Shown here one piece after another: positions 18,830-29,646 of a stretch of DNA of 64,000 nt. The translations under genes and the position numbers were made by a program. The DNA lies in IMG/VR virus record IMGVR_UViG_3300035396_000186, positions 1 to 64,000 of that record, one strand, 5' to 3'. This stretch comes from a virus (lineage: Duplodnaviria; Caudoviricetes). Every line of letters begins with the position of its first letter. The first letter of the stretch is position 1. The notes under the pieces were generated by a model that was not told the origin of the DNA, did not search any database, and was given only the letters and a program-made list of their open reading frames with translations.

Positions 18830-20272
18830 CTATTTTTTATTTCTTCTAGCTCTTTCAGCAGCAATTGCATCAAGTTCGGTTCCGACTGATGGTGTATTAC
18901 TAGCAGCTTCTTTAGCATAAGCTGACGAAGGATTTATATTACTAATTCCTAAATTTTGTACATCGATTAAGTCGTCACTTTTATATGGCGAATTTAATGC
19001 TTTAGCTTGTTTATCGAATGTTGATAACTGATCTTTTAAATCAGCAGCTCTTCGAGCTTTAATAGTTTGAACAATAACTCTCATATTTTTTAAATCGTTA
19101 TCAGTGATATTTTTACCAGTAGCTGCTCTATTTATTAATTTATTTAAAGCATCACTATTTAATCCAGTTTTAGATGAAAGAGTTGCCATATCGCCTTCTC
19201 GTACAACAGAATTATCACCTTGAGCAATTTTAGCAAATAACATGAAACCCGTACCAATTTTAGCAGCTCTATCTGCATCATCTTTTGTATTTAGTATATC
19301 CATTAATACAGCATCAGCATCACCAGCAGCCTTCATAGCTTTAACATTATCAGATTTTTGTATCTCACTTGCTTTGGACATTAAAACTCTAGTATTTACA
19401 TCATGTTTAGTATTGTCATGGGAAGCTTTCGCTTCAATCATTTTTTGTTTAGTTGTTTCTTGTGCTATTTCTTTAGAAACAATAGCTTTAGCTATGTCAC
19501 TAGCTTCTACCATTTCAGAATAAGACATACCTTCATATGTTCTTTTTGGATCAAATTGTCGCATTAAAGCTCTAAGTCTAGTCGATGCTGCACTATTTGG
19601 ATCGTTACGTTCTTGATCTTTTTGTAATTGTCGTTGCTTAGATTCTTGATCGGATAGTTGTCTAGCATTAGTTACACCAGTTTCACCAATCCCTTTTAAT
19701 CCTTCAGCAACGGTATAATCAGCTTTCTTTCCAGAAAGATCTGAATATATTTTCTCGCCAAGTCTAGAAAATACTGAAGCCATATCAGTATTAGCTTGAG
19801 CTTGTTGAGCTTGACCTAGTAATTGTAATGCAGTTGGTGGTTCTTTTGTAGGATCTTTTGATGGATCTTTTGGAGGTATTATATCTTGATTTATACCTCT
19901 TCCAGTTTGTACTGGTTGAGTATTGCTAACTACAGCTTTAGGTTCAGGAGTAGTATCGATATTTATTGTATTTGCAGTAGTAGGTTTACGTTCAGTAAAT
20001 GGAACACCTTGTAACATAGAATAAGGTTCAGCAGCTTGAACACTAGAAGGACTGATATTTGAATTTTCGGAATCACTAGATGATAACTTATTTTTTAAGG
20101 CATCAAGATTTTCAGCCCACATACCCTTAGTTGATAATCCTTCAGGTCTGAATTGTGCTTCAGCTATATTTTGATTCTCAATACTAGAAGGAGGAGTTAT
20201 TTCTTCATTTAAACCAGCTTGAGCCAATTTAAATCTTTCCATTAAATCTTTATAATAGTCATAATCAGCCAT
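18830..20272 (-). CDS. Internal virion / DNA ejection protein
   Basis: 480 aa, helical, DNSVVREGD motif, position among core proteins. Confidence 0.6.
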   Translation of the reverse strand: MADYDYYKDLMERFKLAQAGLNEEITPPSSIENQNIAEAQFRPEGLSTKGMWAENLDALKNKLSSSDSENSNISPSSVQAAEPYSMLQGVPFTERKPTTANTINIDTTPEPKAVVSNTQPVQTGRGINQDIIPPKDPSKDPTKEPPTALQLLGQAQQAQANTDMASVFSRLGEKIYSDLSGKKADYTVAEGLKGIGETGVTNARQLSDQESKQRQLQKDQERNDPNSAASTRLRALMRQFDPKRTYEGMSYSEMVEASDIAKAIVSKEIAQETTKQKMIEAKASHDNTKHDVNTRVLMSKASEIQKSDNVKAMKAAGDADAVLMDILNTKDDADRAAKIGTGFMLFAKIAQGDNSVVREGDMATLSSKTGLNSDALNKLINRAATGKNITDNDLKNMRVIVQTIKARRAADLKDQLSTFDKQAKALNSPYKSDDLIDVQNLGISNINPSSAYAKEAASNTPSVGTELDAIAAERARRNKK

Positions 20273-20283
20273 ATATAACTTCC

Positions 20284-21384
20284 TTATGTAGGTTTTCCTA
20301 AATTAGCGTAATAGTTTTCTTGTTCTTCAACACTACCAACATTAGCCGGTGTTGCATTTGATTTAATTGCTGGTGAGCCGGCTCTATCGTAATATCCAGC
20401 TTGAGAACTAGATAGTTTTGATTGATTATATGCACCTATTGCTGCAGGAACTGCTTGACCTAATCCACCTATTATTGTGCCTAATACACTTTGTGGTGCT
20501 CCCATTTGCATAGTTTGTCCAGCAGCTCCTAATCGAGCATTTGCTCGAGATTGAGCACGTTGCATTTCCCTATCCCATAATGCTCCCTGTTCTTGTTTTT
20601 GTCTTAGAAGTTCTGCGTTATATAAACCAGCATTTTGATTCGATATTTGTTGTTTGGAAGCTAAATTAGCAGCTTGAGCTTGGTTTTGTGCAGCAACATT
20701 TCTAGCTTGAACTTCTCTCGAATTAGAAGTATTCCACTGACTTATTATATCTTCAGACTTTGCTTTATCTGTATCAAAAGCTGTATCTTGTGAACGTAAT
20801 TGTGAACCGGCACTTCCTAATTTAGCTAAAGCTTCTATACGAGCTTGAGAACGTAGAGCAGCTAATTCATCTCCACCTTGTGACATTTGATCTGCACCAG
20901 CTTGAGCTGCATTTAATTGTGCCATTAATTCATAACCACTACCAGATTGTCCTCTAGCAGCAGCTTGTTGTAGAATTTGTTGTCTTTTAGCTTCAGTATC
21001 TTTACCTACCATCTGACGAGTTTTATTAAGAGCTGCCATATCTTGCGGAGATAGACCTTGTTCGGTAATTCCTCTTAATTTATTTAAAGCATCTATTTGA
21101 GTTTCTCGACCTTCACTTCTCTCTTTTAAATTTGCCATTTCAGAATGTTGAAGGTTAATTTCTTTTTCTAGTTCTGGAGTGAGAGTTCCTTGTTGTTTTA
21201 ATTCTTCATAAATTAATTTAGCACTTAGATCAGGCGGCATACCAACGGCGTCAAGCTCTTGCATTGCTGCACCAATTTGAGCTTGCATCTGTGCTCTAAA
21301 CTTTTTATTTTCACTCGACTGCATTAAACCGCCAACAACACTTCCACCAACTCCTGCGGCTAATCCACCAGCTATTGCTGCCAT
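20284..21384 (-). CDS. Internal virion / pilot (ejection) protein
   Basis: 366 aa, Gly/Ala N-terminus (AIAGGLAAGVGG), Gln/Ala-rich. Confidence 0.65.
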   Translation of the reverse strand: MAAIAGGLAAGVGGSVVGGLMQSSENKKFRAQMQAQIGAAMQELDAVGMPPDLSAKLIYEELKQQGTLTPELEKEINLQHSEMANLKERSEGRETQIDALNKLRGITEQGLSPQDMAALNKTRQMVGKDTEAKRQQILQQAAARGQSGSGYELMAQLNAAQAGADQMSQGGDELAALRSQARIEALAKLGSAGSQLRSQDTAFDTDKAKSEDIISQWNTSNSREVQARNVAAQNQAQAANLASKQQISNQNAGLYNAELLRQKQEQGALWDREMQRAQSRANARLGAAGQTMQMGAPQSVLGTIIGGLGQAVPAAIGAYNQSKLSSSQAGYYDRAGSPAIKSNATPANVGSVEEQENYYANLGKPT

Positions 21385-21385
21385 A

Positions 21386-21826
21386 TTATTTTCTCCTGAC
21401 TAATTGTAAAAAATTAAAAGTGTACATCTTATCTATAGTAAAGTTGTTATTTAACAAGAACTTAATACATCTACGGTTTTTAATGAATACTGTTAAACGA
21501 ATAGGTAAATTAAAATTGATTAGTATTGAATTAAATATATTTCGTTTATCTTTTCGATATTTCGGATGTATGAAAAATCCAATTAAATGGTTTTCATTTC
21601 CAATAAACCCTTTACCAAAATAAGCGACTAATTTACGATTCTTCATAACTACATAAGTCTTGGTATTTGTTGAAGTTAAAACTTGATGTGAAGATTGAAT
21701 AGGTAAATCTACACAATAATTAGCATCTTGATGCATAGTTGTATAGAATTCTTTATCAGTAGGATAAAAGTATTTGAGTAATAATAAAGACTTATCGTAT
21801 GGAATACATCGGTACATATAATCCAT
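21386..21826 (-). CDS. GNAT-fold acetyltransferase-like protein
   Basis: GFFIHPKYR motif A and NRRCIKFL..NNF motif B; position like T7 gp13 between nozzle and core genes. Confidence 0.65.
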   Translation of the reverse strand: MDYMYRCIPYDKSLLLLKYFYPTDKEFYTTMHQDANYCVDLPIQSSHQVLTSTNTKTYVVMKNRKLVAYFGKGFIGNENHLIGFFIHPKYRKDKRNIFNSILINFNLPIRLTVFIKNRRCIKFLLNNNFTIDKMYTFNFLQLVRRK

Positions 21827-21858
21827 TATAAACTAGTTTTAGATACTAGTCAATTAAA

Positions 21859-23646
21859 TTAACCCGTAATTATGTTAGCTAATCTTTCTTCTTCAGCTTT
21901 TGCGGCTGCAGCATCTTGATCTGCAAATAGTTTGTTAGCACCAGTTTGATATTTACTACGTAAAGCTTCAATTGCTGCCATTTTATTAGCCGTTTGAGAA
22001 GCAACACTATTAGCTTGATTATATTGATCTGGAGATTGAACTAATTGCATTAAATTACCAGTTCTAGCTAAGTTAGTAGTATCTAATTCTTTCTTAGCAT
22101 TCATTATATCATTTATATATTTACCACTTCGTTGATCTTGATTCATAGTTGAGCCACCAGCAAAGTATTGTGAACCTAGGAGTGTACTTAACATATCTTT
22201 ATCTTTTGCGATACCTTCACTAATTGGATGTAATTCTCCAGTCCATGCAGGAACAACATTCCTAGTGCTCTTCATTATTTCAGCTTCTTTAGCTCTATCA
22301 ATATCAGTTTGTCTTAAAGTTCTAGCAGCTTGATATGATTCAGTTCCCGAACCTGCAATTTGACCTTGTTTAGTTGGATCTTCTGAAGCTAGTAAATTAA
22401 CATCAGTACCTAAATATTGTCCTAATTGTCTTCTATCTAATTGTGATGGATCAAATCTTGATAAGAATGAACCTTGTCTTTGTCCTAATGCTTCTAAAGC
22501 TTTTTGACGTTGAAATTCATCATTTCTAGCTAATCTAGCTAAGTCTGCTTGATTGTTTAAGTCTAAATTACCAACATCTTTAATAGTTTTAGTTGGATCG
22601 AATCCTGCCATATCTAATGACTTCTCAGAACCATATTTATATTTAGCAGCAGCTTCTGGTCCTGAAGCTAATGTTCCTTTACCCATAATACTATTTAAGT
22701 AATCTTGAGCAGGTTTAGATAGCTTATTAAAAGCATCTTGAGTTAAAGCTCCTGAAGATAAGCCTTGACCTAATTGTGCAGATAAATCTTTCATACCTTG
22801 ACTATATTGTCCAGCTCTAGCTGTTACATCTGAAGTAATACCAGATAAACCTGAAGTTAATTGTTCTTCAGTGTCTGCTCCAAATTTAGCAGCTTCATTT
22901 CTATATAGATCAGCTAGTCCAGCAGCAGATTTTTCTTTATTAGTAATATCTTGTGTAATACCAGTTAGACCTCTTCTAGCTTTTGATAAAGCTGATTGAT
23001 CTCCAGCACCCATTAACATCGTATCTAGTTTTTGTGAACCTTGACTATATCCTGGACCACCAATAAATCTTTGAACTAAAGCTTGTCTACCACCAGCATC
23101 TGAAGATAGATTAGCTAATGACTCAAGTTCTTGAGCACGTTGTTTAAGTTGATCAATTCCTTGACCTTTAATTTCACTTAAAGCAGAAGGACCTTCATAT
23201 TTACCTGCTCGAAACTTAGAGAACATATCTATTTGTTCTTGATTAGGATCAGCAAGATTTTGAAATTGTTGTGGAGTTTCAGAAGAAGTAGCTGCAGCAG
23301 TACTAGCTGGAGCAGGATTTGTAGCATTCTGTTCATTTAAAGCTGGTTGGTTAGGATTAACATACTGACCTAAAACTTGTTGTCTCTTCGCAGTATTTTC
23401 TTGTGAACCTAGTCTATTTTGTTCAGCTTGTGTTTTGAATTTACCATATTGACCACTAACTGTACCTTTTAGTTCCCCTGATACATTTTGTAAACCTTGA
23501 CCAACAGCTTGTCCGATTCTATTATTTCCACTTGCTCCCATAATTTGTTGCAAATTGGTAAAACCAGTTAACTTTTTTTGTGGAGTTACTGGAGATGTAA
23601 CACCTTGAACTTGCTGATTTGGTTGATTGGGATTATTAATAGCCAT
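21859..23646 (-). CDS. Internal virion / ejection protein
   Basis: 595 aa, Gln/Ala/Gly-rich helical protein. Confidence 0.55.
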   Translation of the reverse strand: MAINNPNQPNQQVQGVTSPVTPQKKLTGFTNLQQIMGASGNNRIGQAVGQGLQNVSGELKGTVSGQYGKFKTQAEQNRLGSQENTAKRQQVLGQYVNPNQPALNEQNATNPAPASTAAATSSETPQQFQNLADPNQEQIDMFSKFRAGKYEGPSALSEIKGQGIDQLKQRAQELESLANLSSDAGGRQALVQRFIGGPGYSQGSQKLDTMLMGAGDQSALSKARRGLTGITQDITNKEKSAAGLADLYRNEAAKFGADTEEQLTSGLSGITSDVTARAGQYSQGMKDLSAQLGQGLSSGALTQDAFNKLSKPAQDYLNSIMGKGTLASGPEAAAKYKYGSEKSLDMAGFDPTKTIKDVGNLDLNNQADLARLARNDEFQRQKALEALGQRQGSFLSRFDPSQLDRRQLGQYLGTDVNLLASEDPTKQGQIAGSGTESYQAARTLRQTDIDRAKEAEIMKSTRNVVPAWTGELHPISEGIAKDKDMLSTLLGSQYFAGGSTMNQDQRSGKYINDIMNAKKELDTTNLARTGNLMQLVQSPDQYNQANSVASQTANKMAAIEALRSKYQTGANKLFADQDAAAAKAEEERLANIITG

Positions 23647-23669
23647 ATAGAAACCTCTTTAAAAAGTTG

Positions 23670-24083
23670 TTAATTAACTGCTAGAAAAGTCACACGATAG
23701 CTATGTCCAGGTATTAAACCTGTAATATAACTTATTGAAATTCCATATTGTGTTTGTTCCCAACTAGGAAAAGGTGCGCTATAGAAGTAAGATGCTGGAT
23801 TTGTTAGGTTTTCACACTTAATTACTATAATACCAGTAACTTGAGTCATTCCCTCATTTAATTTAAAAGAAGCATTTCCAGTAGGTTTACCATTATTATC
23901 TACTATAATAGTAATATCTTTAATAGTACTCTGCATATTATCAGCAAATGTTAATTTACGAGATAAGGCTTGGTATATAGCCTCGATACCAGAATTTATG
24001 GAAATAGATAATTTCGCAATCAAAGCTTGATCATCAGGTTCATAGTCTTTTTCCCACAATCTTTTAAAATTAGGTAATTTCAT
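23670..24083 (-). CDS. Virion structural protein
   Basis: 137 aa, translationally coupled to the nozzle gene. Confidence 0.55.
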   Translation of the reverse strand: MKLPNFKRLWEKDYEPDDQALIAKLSISINSGIEAIYQALSRKLTFADNMQSTIKDITIIVDNNGKPTGNASFKLNEGMTQVTGIIVIKCENLTNPASYFYSAPFPSWEQTQYGISISYITGLIPGHSYRVTFLAVN

Positions 24084-27000
24084 TATCTATATGCCCTTGT
24101 GCTAAATGGATCTCCAATTAAGTTAATTCCAAATAGACTAAATTTTTCTCTAGCTATAATATGTTCAAATTTAATTGATACATATGTACATCTTTGACAA
24201 TCTCTTGGTATATAAGTTCTTATCGGAGCAGAATGTGATGCACCACCAAAATAATTACTACCGAATAGATTAGATCCGAAAATTCCATTGCCATGTCCAT
24301 AAAAGTCTACTGAGTTAAACATAGGAAGTAAATCTGTTGCAAATGAAACTCTACCTTGTGTAAACTTTTTATCCTCAAAAAATAATTGTAACTCTCTTAA
24401 GTGTTTAAACGAACTAGGATCTTCCATAACCATTGGAGTATAAATTATCTCACAAGCAATTCCTTTGAATATTGTATATACTCCTAAATAAAAATCTAAT
24501 GGATCAGCTAATGTTATTTCTTTAGTTAATCGATTAACATTAGTTATAACAGTTTCTAATGTAGTATATTGAGTAGATGATTGATAATTAGAAAATACCA
24601 CATATGGATCATTATTTAACTTATTAATTATTATATTATAGGCAGTTTGTATATCACCAAATGTCTCACCATAAGGAGATATCAATTGTGTAAAGCTTGT
24701 AGGTCCTGAATAACCCAAATCGCTATCCAATTTGTTAGCTAGACGGGTTATCTGTGTTCTTATGTTTTGACCTTTTATCATGATTAACGACGAATAATAA
24801 TCATTACTAGGTAAACCAAGATCATCGTCTAGCTTTTTTAATGTCATATTAAAGCCGTATACAGTCAATGGCTGATTTTGAATAAATACGTCACCCAATT
24901 CGTACTTATCTATATCAGTAACTCGTATTTTACCATTTACATAAGCATTGGTAGCTATCGAATAACTATACTCTCTGTCTGCATAGTCAGTTCGAGTAAA
25001 TGATTTTCGTTCTTGCTCTAAATATGCCACGTCACCAGCACCTAAATATATTTTATCATCTACAGGATTAATAATACCACAAGTAGCAGTCTTCTCAATT
25101 GTTGTCCAAGAATTAGTTAAATTACTAAATCTCCAGCCCTTAGTAGCATATGTGTCAGAAGTATTACTAACAGAATAAACAGTATACGAATTGTCCGATT
25201 CATAACCTAAGCCCCATGTCGCAGTTTTAAAGTTTGGATAATTAGATGATGCTAATAATAGTATATCAACATCTATTGGTCTAGATATTAGTTGTACGTT
25301 AGACTCTGAAGTCATAACGATACCTTGAGTTGACCAACCATAAACGAAATTATTTGTTACATCTATTGAGTCAGGAGCAATAACAATACAAGAACTATCA
25401 AATAGTGCAACATTAAATGGTGCGTATTCTCCAGATACTCTATATAATCCATCTTCTTTAAAAACGAATAAACTATCTCTTAAAGGATATATACGAACAA
25501 TTGCCTTATCTTCAGAACCAACATCAAAATAGTTAGGTATCGGAACCGCTTCAGGCTGTAAGTACTTGGAATAATATATCCTATTCTTTTTAATTTCATT
25601 TTCAGAAACTTGAGCAGTAGTCAAATCTGGGTTAAAAGAAGAACCTGTAGTACTGTTATTTGCTATCATACTAAACGAAATGTCAGATAATGATTTAGCT
25701 TCAAAATACATTTTACCAGGAACATCAATTGAACTAGATATATAATAACCATATACTTGTTCAGCAGAATTTTGATTAATTACTCTAACTAATGATTTAG
25801 CAGTTAATTCAACTGCTGTACCAACGGATATTAGATTTGATAATAAAACTTGTTTATTAGCAGCACTTTCTCCGATACCTTGAACTATTGTATAAGTAAA
25901 TCCTGTTGAATGTGGATTAAAATCTGTAGTATAACCTTCAGCAGTACATGATACTTTAATACTAGGTAAAGTAGTAGTTTCAACATTAAAATCTACAACA
26001 TATAAAGAAATTGCATTTTTTGTGTAATCTGAAACTTGATTAGCTGTACTATTTTTAGCTATGATTATCTTCTGTAATATCTTACCATCATCAGGAATAA
26101 CGGGAGTTACTTCACCAGTTACATAATACCAAAATCGATAAGATCTTAAATCGTTTGCTGAGTATATATCAAAGTATTTTCCATTTAAACTAGCATTAAC
26201 ATCTGCAACACAAGTAATAGTAGTTTGTTCTATTTCTCCAATTACAAATGTATATGTTTGAGAACCTGATGAACTAGTTATAGTTAAAGTACTAGTTCCT
26301 CCAGTTGAAACTTCATCAATCATATTCTGAACGCCAATTAGTGATAATATAGATTTATGACGTGTTTTAGTGTTTGCGTAAAAGATTACATTTTTAAATC
26401 TATTTAAGTCCTTACAAAAAGGAGGTATATCATTCGATTGGGTAATACCTTCACCAGTAGAAGCATTAGTATATAGATTAGCTCCTCGAAATTCATCAGG
26501 AGTTATATCTTCTAAAACTATTTTTTGTGCAGTTAATTCTGCAGGTGTTGGATATGCTTCGTATATTAATTGTAATTCGTCATTAGGTGATAAATCTTGT
26601 AAAGATGTTGCATCTGTTGCTTGAGATATACTTGATCTATATATTTGATAGAAATAATCAGAAGTTATCGCTTCTGGGATAGCGAATTTTAGCAAAACTG
26701 TACTTGTTTGTGTAATATCAAGAATACTAATAAATTCGTCTTGATTAGCAGTTGTAATAACTATACCAGTTAATGATGTATTAGGAGGTTCTTGTTGTAA
26801 CCTAGCTAATATATTATTCATATAATTTTGTATCTCAACTAACATAGCATTAGTTGTAGGTACACCAGGAATAGTAGGTTCTGTAATAGAACGATATTCA
26901 CCTGATTTTATACTAGTACTTACAGTATTAACAGTACCATGTGCAGTTGTTGTAAATGTAATAGAAGTTGCATCTGATGTAATAACGTTCTGAATACCGT

Positions 27001-27991
27001 TAATATCTCCAGCACTACCTGAACCACTAATAGTAAAATTAGTTAAGAATATCTTACTACCTGGTTGAAAATACATATCAGGAGTACTATATCCAGAAGT
27101 ATTAAATACTATATTACAAGTATTTCCGGTTGAAGTTGTTGTAATTGTAGCTGAAGCAATTCTTAACGGACAAGGAGTTCCTGAAGAAGTTCCTGTATCA
27201 GTTGCATATAAAATATCATTATCTAATTTACTAGCTAATGAAACTAAATTTGTTCTTAATGATGCAGCAGTTGCATTTATTGGTAAATGTAGAGTACTAA
27301 AGTAATCTCCATCTGAAATTCGAGCTGTAGTAGTATTATCAGTAATAAGGTCTAGGTTATATATGATTCGACTAAAGTCTTGAATCATCATGTCCATCAT
27401 TGGGTTATATACAACACTACGTTGACTTGGAGCACCTAAAATTAAGTTATTATTAGCATCTCTTGTTGCCCATACAATTCTATAAGCAACTGTACTATCT
27501 TGTGGTAGGAATGCGGTTTGTGATCCAGCTTTATATAATATAGATGTTTCTAAGTCTAAAGCTTTAACTCCGCCAGCATTTGTAATCTTAGCTGTAGCAT
27601 ATTGTGAAGGATCTTTAAGTGATAGTTTCTTAATACCATCTGAAGTAGTAAAATAGAAATTACCATTAGCTTCAATTGATTTTATTCTTAACCCAGTTTC
27701 AGTTTCATTATAAGTACCAGCAAAGTCTGTGAAACTACCATTACCATCATCCCATGCTAATAAATTAGTATAGTGACGAATAATTCTTTGTCTGTATTGT
27801 TTTATTTGTTTAACTCGAAAAGCTGGATCTGATAACTCTGAACCATAGATTTTAAATCCACGTCTAGATTCAATAACGCCATCTCTACGGATAATAACGT
27901 TCTTTGCTTCATCTAATGCTCCAGGCTGTGTAGTTAACTGGTTATTAGAGCGGACTAAACCTAGTGCATTATAAATTGCCTGATTTGCCAT
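24083..27991 (-). CDS. Tail nozzle / tubular protein B (T7 gp12 / P22 gp10-like) with insertions
   Basis: 1302 aa, beta-rich; NVIIRRDGVIESRRG N-terminus; IYYSKYLQPEAVP segment; position after adaptor. Confidence 0.7.
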   Translation of the reverse strand: MANQAIYNALGLVRSNNQLTTQPGALDEAKNVIIRRDGVIESRRGFKIYGSELSDPAFRVKQIKQYRQRIIRHYTNLLAWDDGNGSFTDFAGTYNETETGLRIKSIEANGNFYFTTSDGIKKLSLKDPSQYATAKITNAGGVKALDLETSILYKAGSQTAFLPQDSTVAYRIVWATRDANNNLILGAPSQRSVVYNPMMDMMIQDFSRIIYNLDLITDNTTTARISDGDYFSTLHLPINATAASLRTNLVSLASKLDNDILYATDTGTSSGTPCPLRIASATITTTSTGNTCNIVFNTSGYSTPDMYFQPGSKIFLTNFTISGSGSAGDINGIQNVITSDATSITFTTTAHGTVNTVSTSIKSGEYRSITEPTIPGVPTTNAMLVEIQNYMNNILARLQQEPPNTSLTGIVITTANQDEFISILDITQTSTVLLKFAIPEAITSDYFYQIYRSSISQATDATSLQDLSPNDELQLIYEAYPTPAELTAQKIVLEDITPDEFRGANLYTNASTGEGITQSNDIPPFCKDLNRFKNVIFYANTKTRHKSILSLIGVQNMIDEVSTGGTSTLTITSSSGSQTYTFVIGEIEQTTITCVADVNASLNGKYFDIYSANDLRSYRFWYYVTGEVTPVIPDDGKILQKIIIAKNSTANQVSDYTKNAISLYVVDFNVETTTLPSIKVSCTAEGYTTDFNPHSTGFTYTIVQGIGESAANKQVLLSNLISVGTAVELTAKSLVRVINQNSAEQVYGYYISSSIDVPGKMYFEAKSLSDISFSMIANNSTTGSSFNPDLTTAQVSENEIKKNRIYYSKYLQPEAVPIPNYFDVGSEDKAIVRIYPLRDSLFVFKEDGLYRVSGEYAPFNVALFDSSCIVIAPDSIDVTNNFVYGWSTQGIVMTSESNVQLISRPIDVDILLLASSNYPNFKTATWGLGYESDNSYTVYSVSNTSDTYATKGWRFSNLTNSWTTIEKTATCGIINPVDDKIYLGAGDVAYLEQERKSFTRTDYADREYSYSIATNAYVNGKIRVTDIDKYELGDVFIQNQPLTVYGFNMTLKKLDDDLGLPSNDYYSSLIMIKGQNIRTQITRLANKLDSDLGYSGPTSFTQLISPYGETFGDIQTAYNIIINKLNNDPYVVFSNYQSSTQYTTLETVITNVNRLTKEITLADPLDFYLGVYTIFKGIACEIIYTPMVMEDPSSFKHLRELQLFFEDKKFTQGRVSFATDLLPMFNSVDFYGHGNGIFGSNLFGSNYFGGASHSAPIRTYIPRDCQRCTYVSIKFEHIIAREKFSLFGINLIGDPFSTRAYR

Positions 27992-28007
27992 ATTCCACCT
28001 ATTTTAA

Positions 28008-29237
28008 TTAGTATCTTCTGTACGGTCTGAATCTATTGTATCTTAGTAAACCATAATGAGCAACAATCTTTTGAGCAGCTCCATCATTTCTATTATCAAT
28101 TAATTTACTTTGATTATCACTAGTTTCAGCTAATTTCGCATTTGTAGCCATTAATCCAGCTTGATCACCTTGAGCTGCTAATATTCTAGCACATACTCTA
28201 TCAACTAATATAGTATGTAGATCATCTGGAATTTGAGGGATTATACATTCATATTGTTCACAAACATAATCACCTACTTTAAATTGAACAGGTATTTCTG
28301 ATTGTGGAAATTGAATATATAAACCACTAATTCCATTACTAGGAATTTGAACATCCATTGCATATAATCTATGACCACTGTTAGTTTGTAGGATATCAAC
28401 TACCATACCAGATTTAAAATTATCTGGCATCTTATCGAATCCTAAACTAATATTTGTATCAACATTAATTCCAGCACTATTTGAAGAGAAAGTATATTTC
28501 AAATCTGAATATTGGATAGTTATTTTATTAGCACTGATTGTTGTTGTAAACAAATTTAGAGCATTGATAGCATTCTGTAAGTTCATAGCTGTTACATCAG
28601 AAGTAATACCGATCATAAAATCAGTACCCGCTACTAAATAACGAACATTTAAACTTCCATTTGGATTTGTATAAGTAATACTTAGCCAATCACCAATCAC
28701 TAAAAGTGAATTACTAATAGTGATAAGCTTAGTAAAATCTGTACAAATTGCTGCTCTTGAATTAGGAACTAACATATTCGGTCGTAGATAATATGTAAAT
28801 ACTAAATAACCTGTAGCTGATACAGAATCGTTACCAGGAACTAAAACTATATCATTTCCTTCATGATAATACGAATAGATATTACTACTATTTGTAGAAC
28901 CTCTTTGGAATATAGATTTATCATCTGGATTGATTCTAACCATTGGATACATATTACCGTTAAAATCTTTAAAGAATAAGTCTCTAAGTTTTTGACCAAT
29001 AGCTCTTTCAGGTATAACATAACGATATTGAGCATTCGCTAGAGGAACGTCCATAGATACATTGAAGTACTCTTCATGATATTGAAGAACACTCGGAACT
29101 TGTTCACTCATCATTACTTCATTAGTAAATGCTAATATATCATCTTCAGTAAACGTATTTTGAGCAATTGGAATAGCAATCTTTCGTTTAACCGAAGCGA
29201 TTACATCCGAACTGGTCATGTAAAATTTAGCAGACAT
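28008..29237 (-). CDS. Head-tail adaptor / tubular protein A with inserted domain
   Basis: 409 aa, N-terminal helices (DVIASVKRKI...DILAFTNE), C-terminal IPQIPDDLHTIL, position before nozzle. Confidence 0.65.
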   Translation of the reverse strand: MSAKFYMTSSDVIASVKRKIAIPIAQNTFTEDDILAFTNEVMMSEQVPSVLQYHEEYFNVSMDVPLANAQYRYVIPERAIGQKLRDLFFKDFNGNMYPMVRINPDDKSIFQRGSTNSSNIYSYYHEGNDIVLVPGNDSVSATGYLVFTYYLRPNMLVPNSRAAICTDFTKLITISNSLLVIGDWLSITYTNPNGSLNVRYLVAGTDFMIGITSDVTAMNLQNAINALNLFTTTISANKITIQYSDLKYTFSSNSAGINVDTNISLGFDKMPDNFKSGMVVDILQTNSGHRLYAMDVQIPSNGISGLYIQFPQSEIPVQFKVGDYVCEQYECIIPQIPDDLHTILVDRVCARILAAQGDQAGLMATNAKLAETSDNQSKLIDNRNDGAAQKIVAHYGLLRYNRFRPYRRY

Positions 29238-29249
29238 AATGTATTCCTA

Positions 29250-29636
29250 TTATTTACTAGCCAATTTCTTTTTCATTTCCATTAATTTAGCAAGTTTAGC
29301 ATCTATTTCTTCTTCTGAAAGATTTTCCATAGAATCATCTTCTGACATTTCACTTTCAGATTCTAGTTCTGAACCTTTATCTTCCATACATTCTGATTCT
29401 TTTTCTTCAGAATCGTTCATTTTTTCAGGATCTTTTTCAGACATACCATGTTCTGAAATCATTTCCTTAGCTTTATCTAATCCCTTTTCTAGACCTTCTG
29501 GAGAATTAGAAGCAACTGTAACTTTCTTCAAACCATCTTTAAGTTTGTTACTCATAGCATCTGAAGCAAGACCGCTAATACCTTTAAGGACGTCCATTTT
29601 TGCAATTCGTTCTAAATCACCTAGTTTCTTTTTCAT
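29250..29636 (-). CDS. Acidic low-complexity hypothetical protein
   Basis: 128 aa, E/S/M-rich. Confidence 0.65.
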   Translation of the reverse strand: MKKKLGDLERIAKMDVLKGISGLASDAMSNKLKDGLKKVTVASNSPEGLEKGLDKAKEMISEHGMSEKDPEKMNDSEEKESECMEDKGSELESESEMSEDDSMENLSEEEIDAKLAKLMEMKKKLASK

Positions 29637-29646
29637 ATACTTTCCC

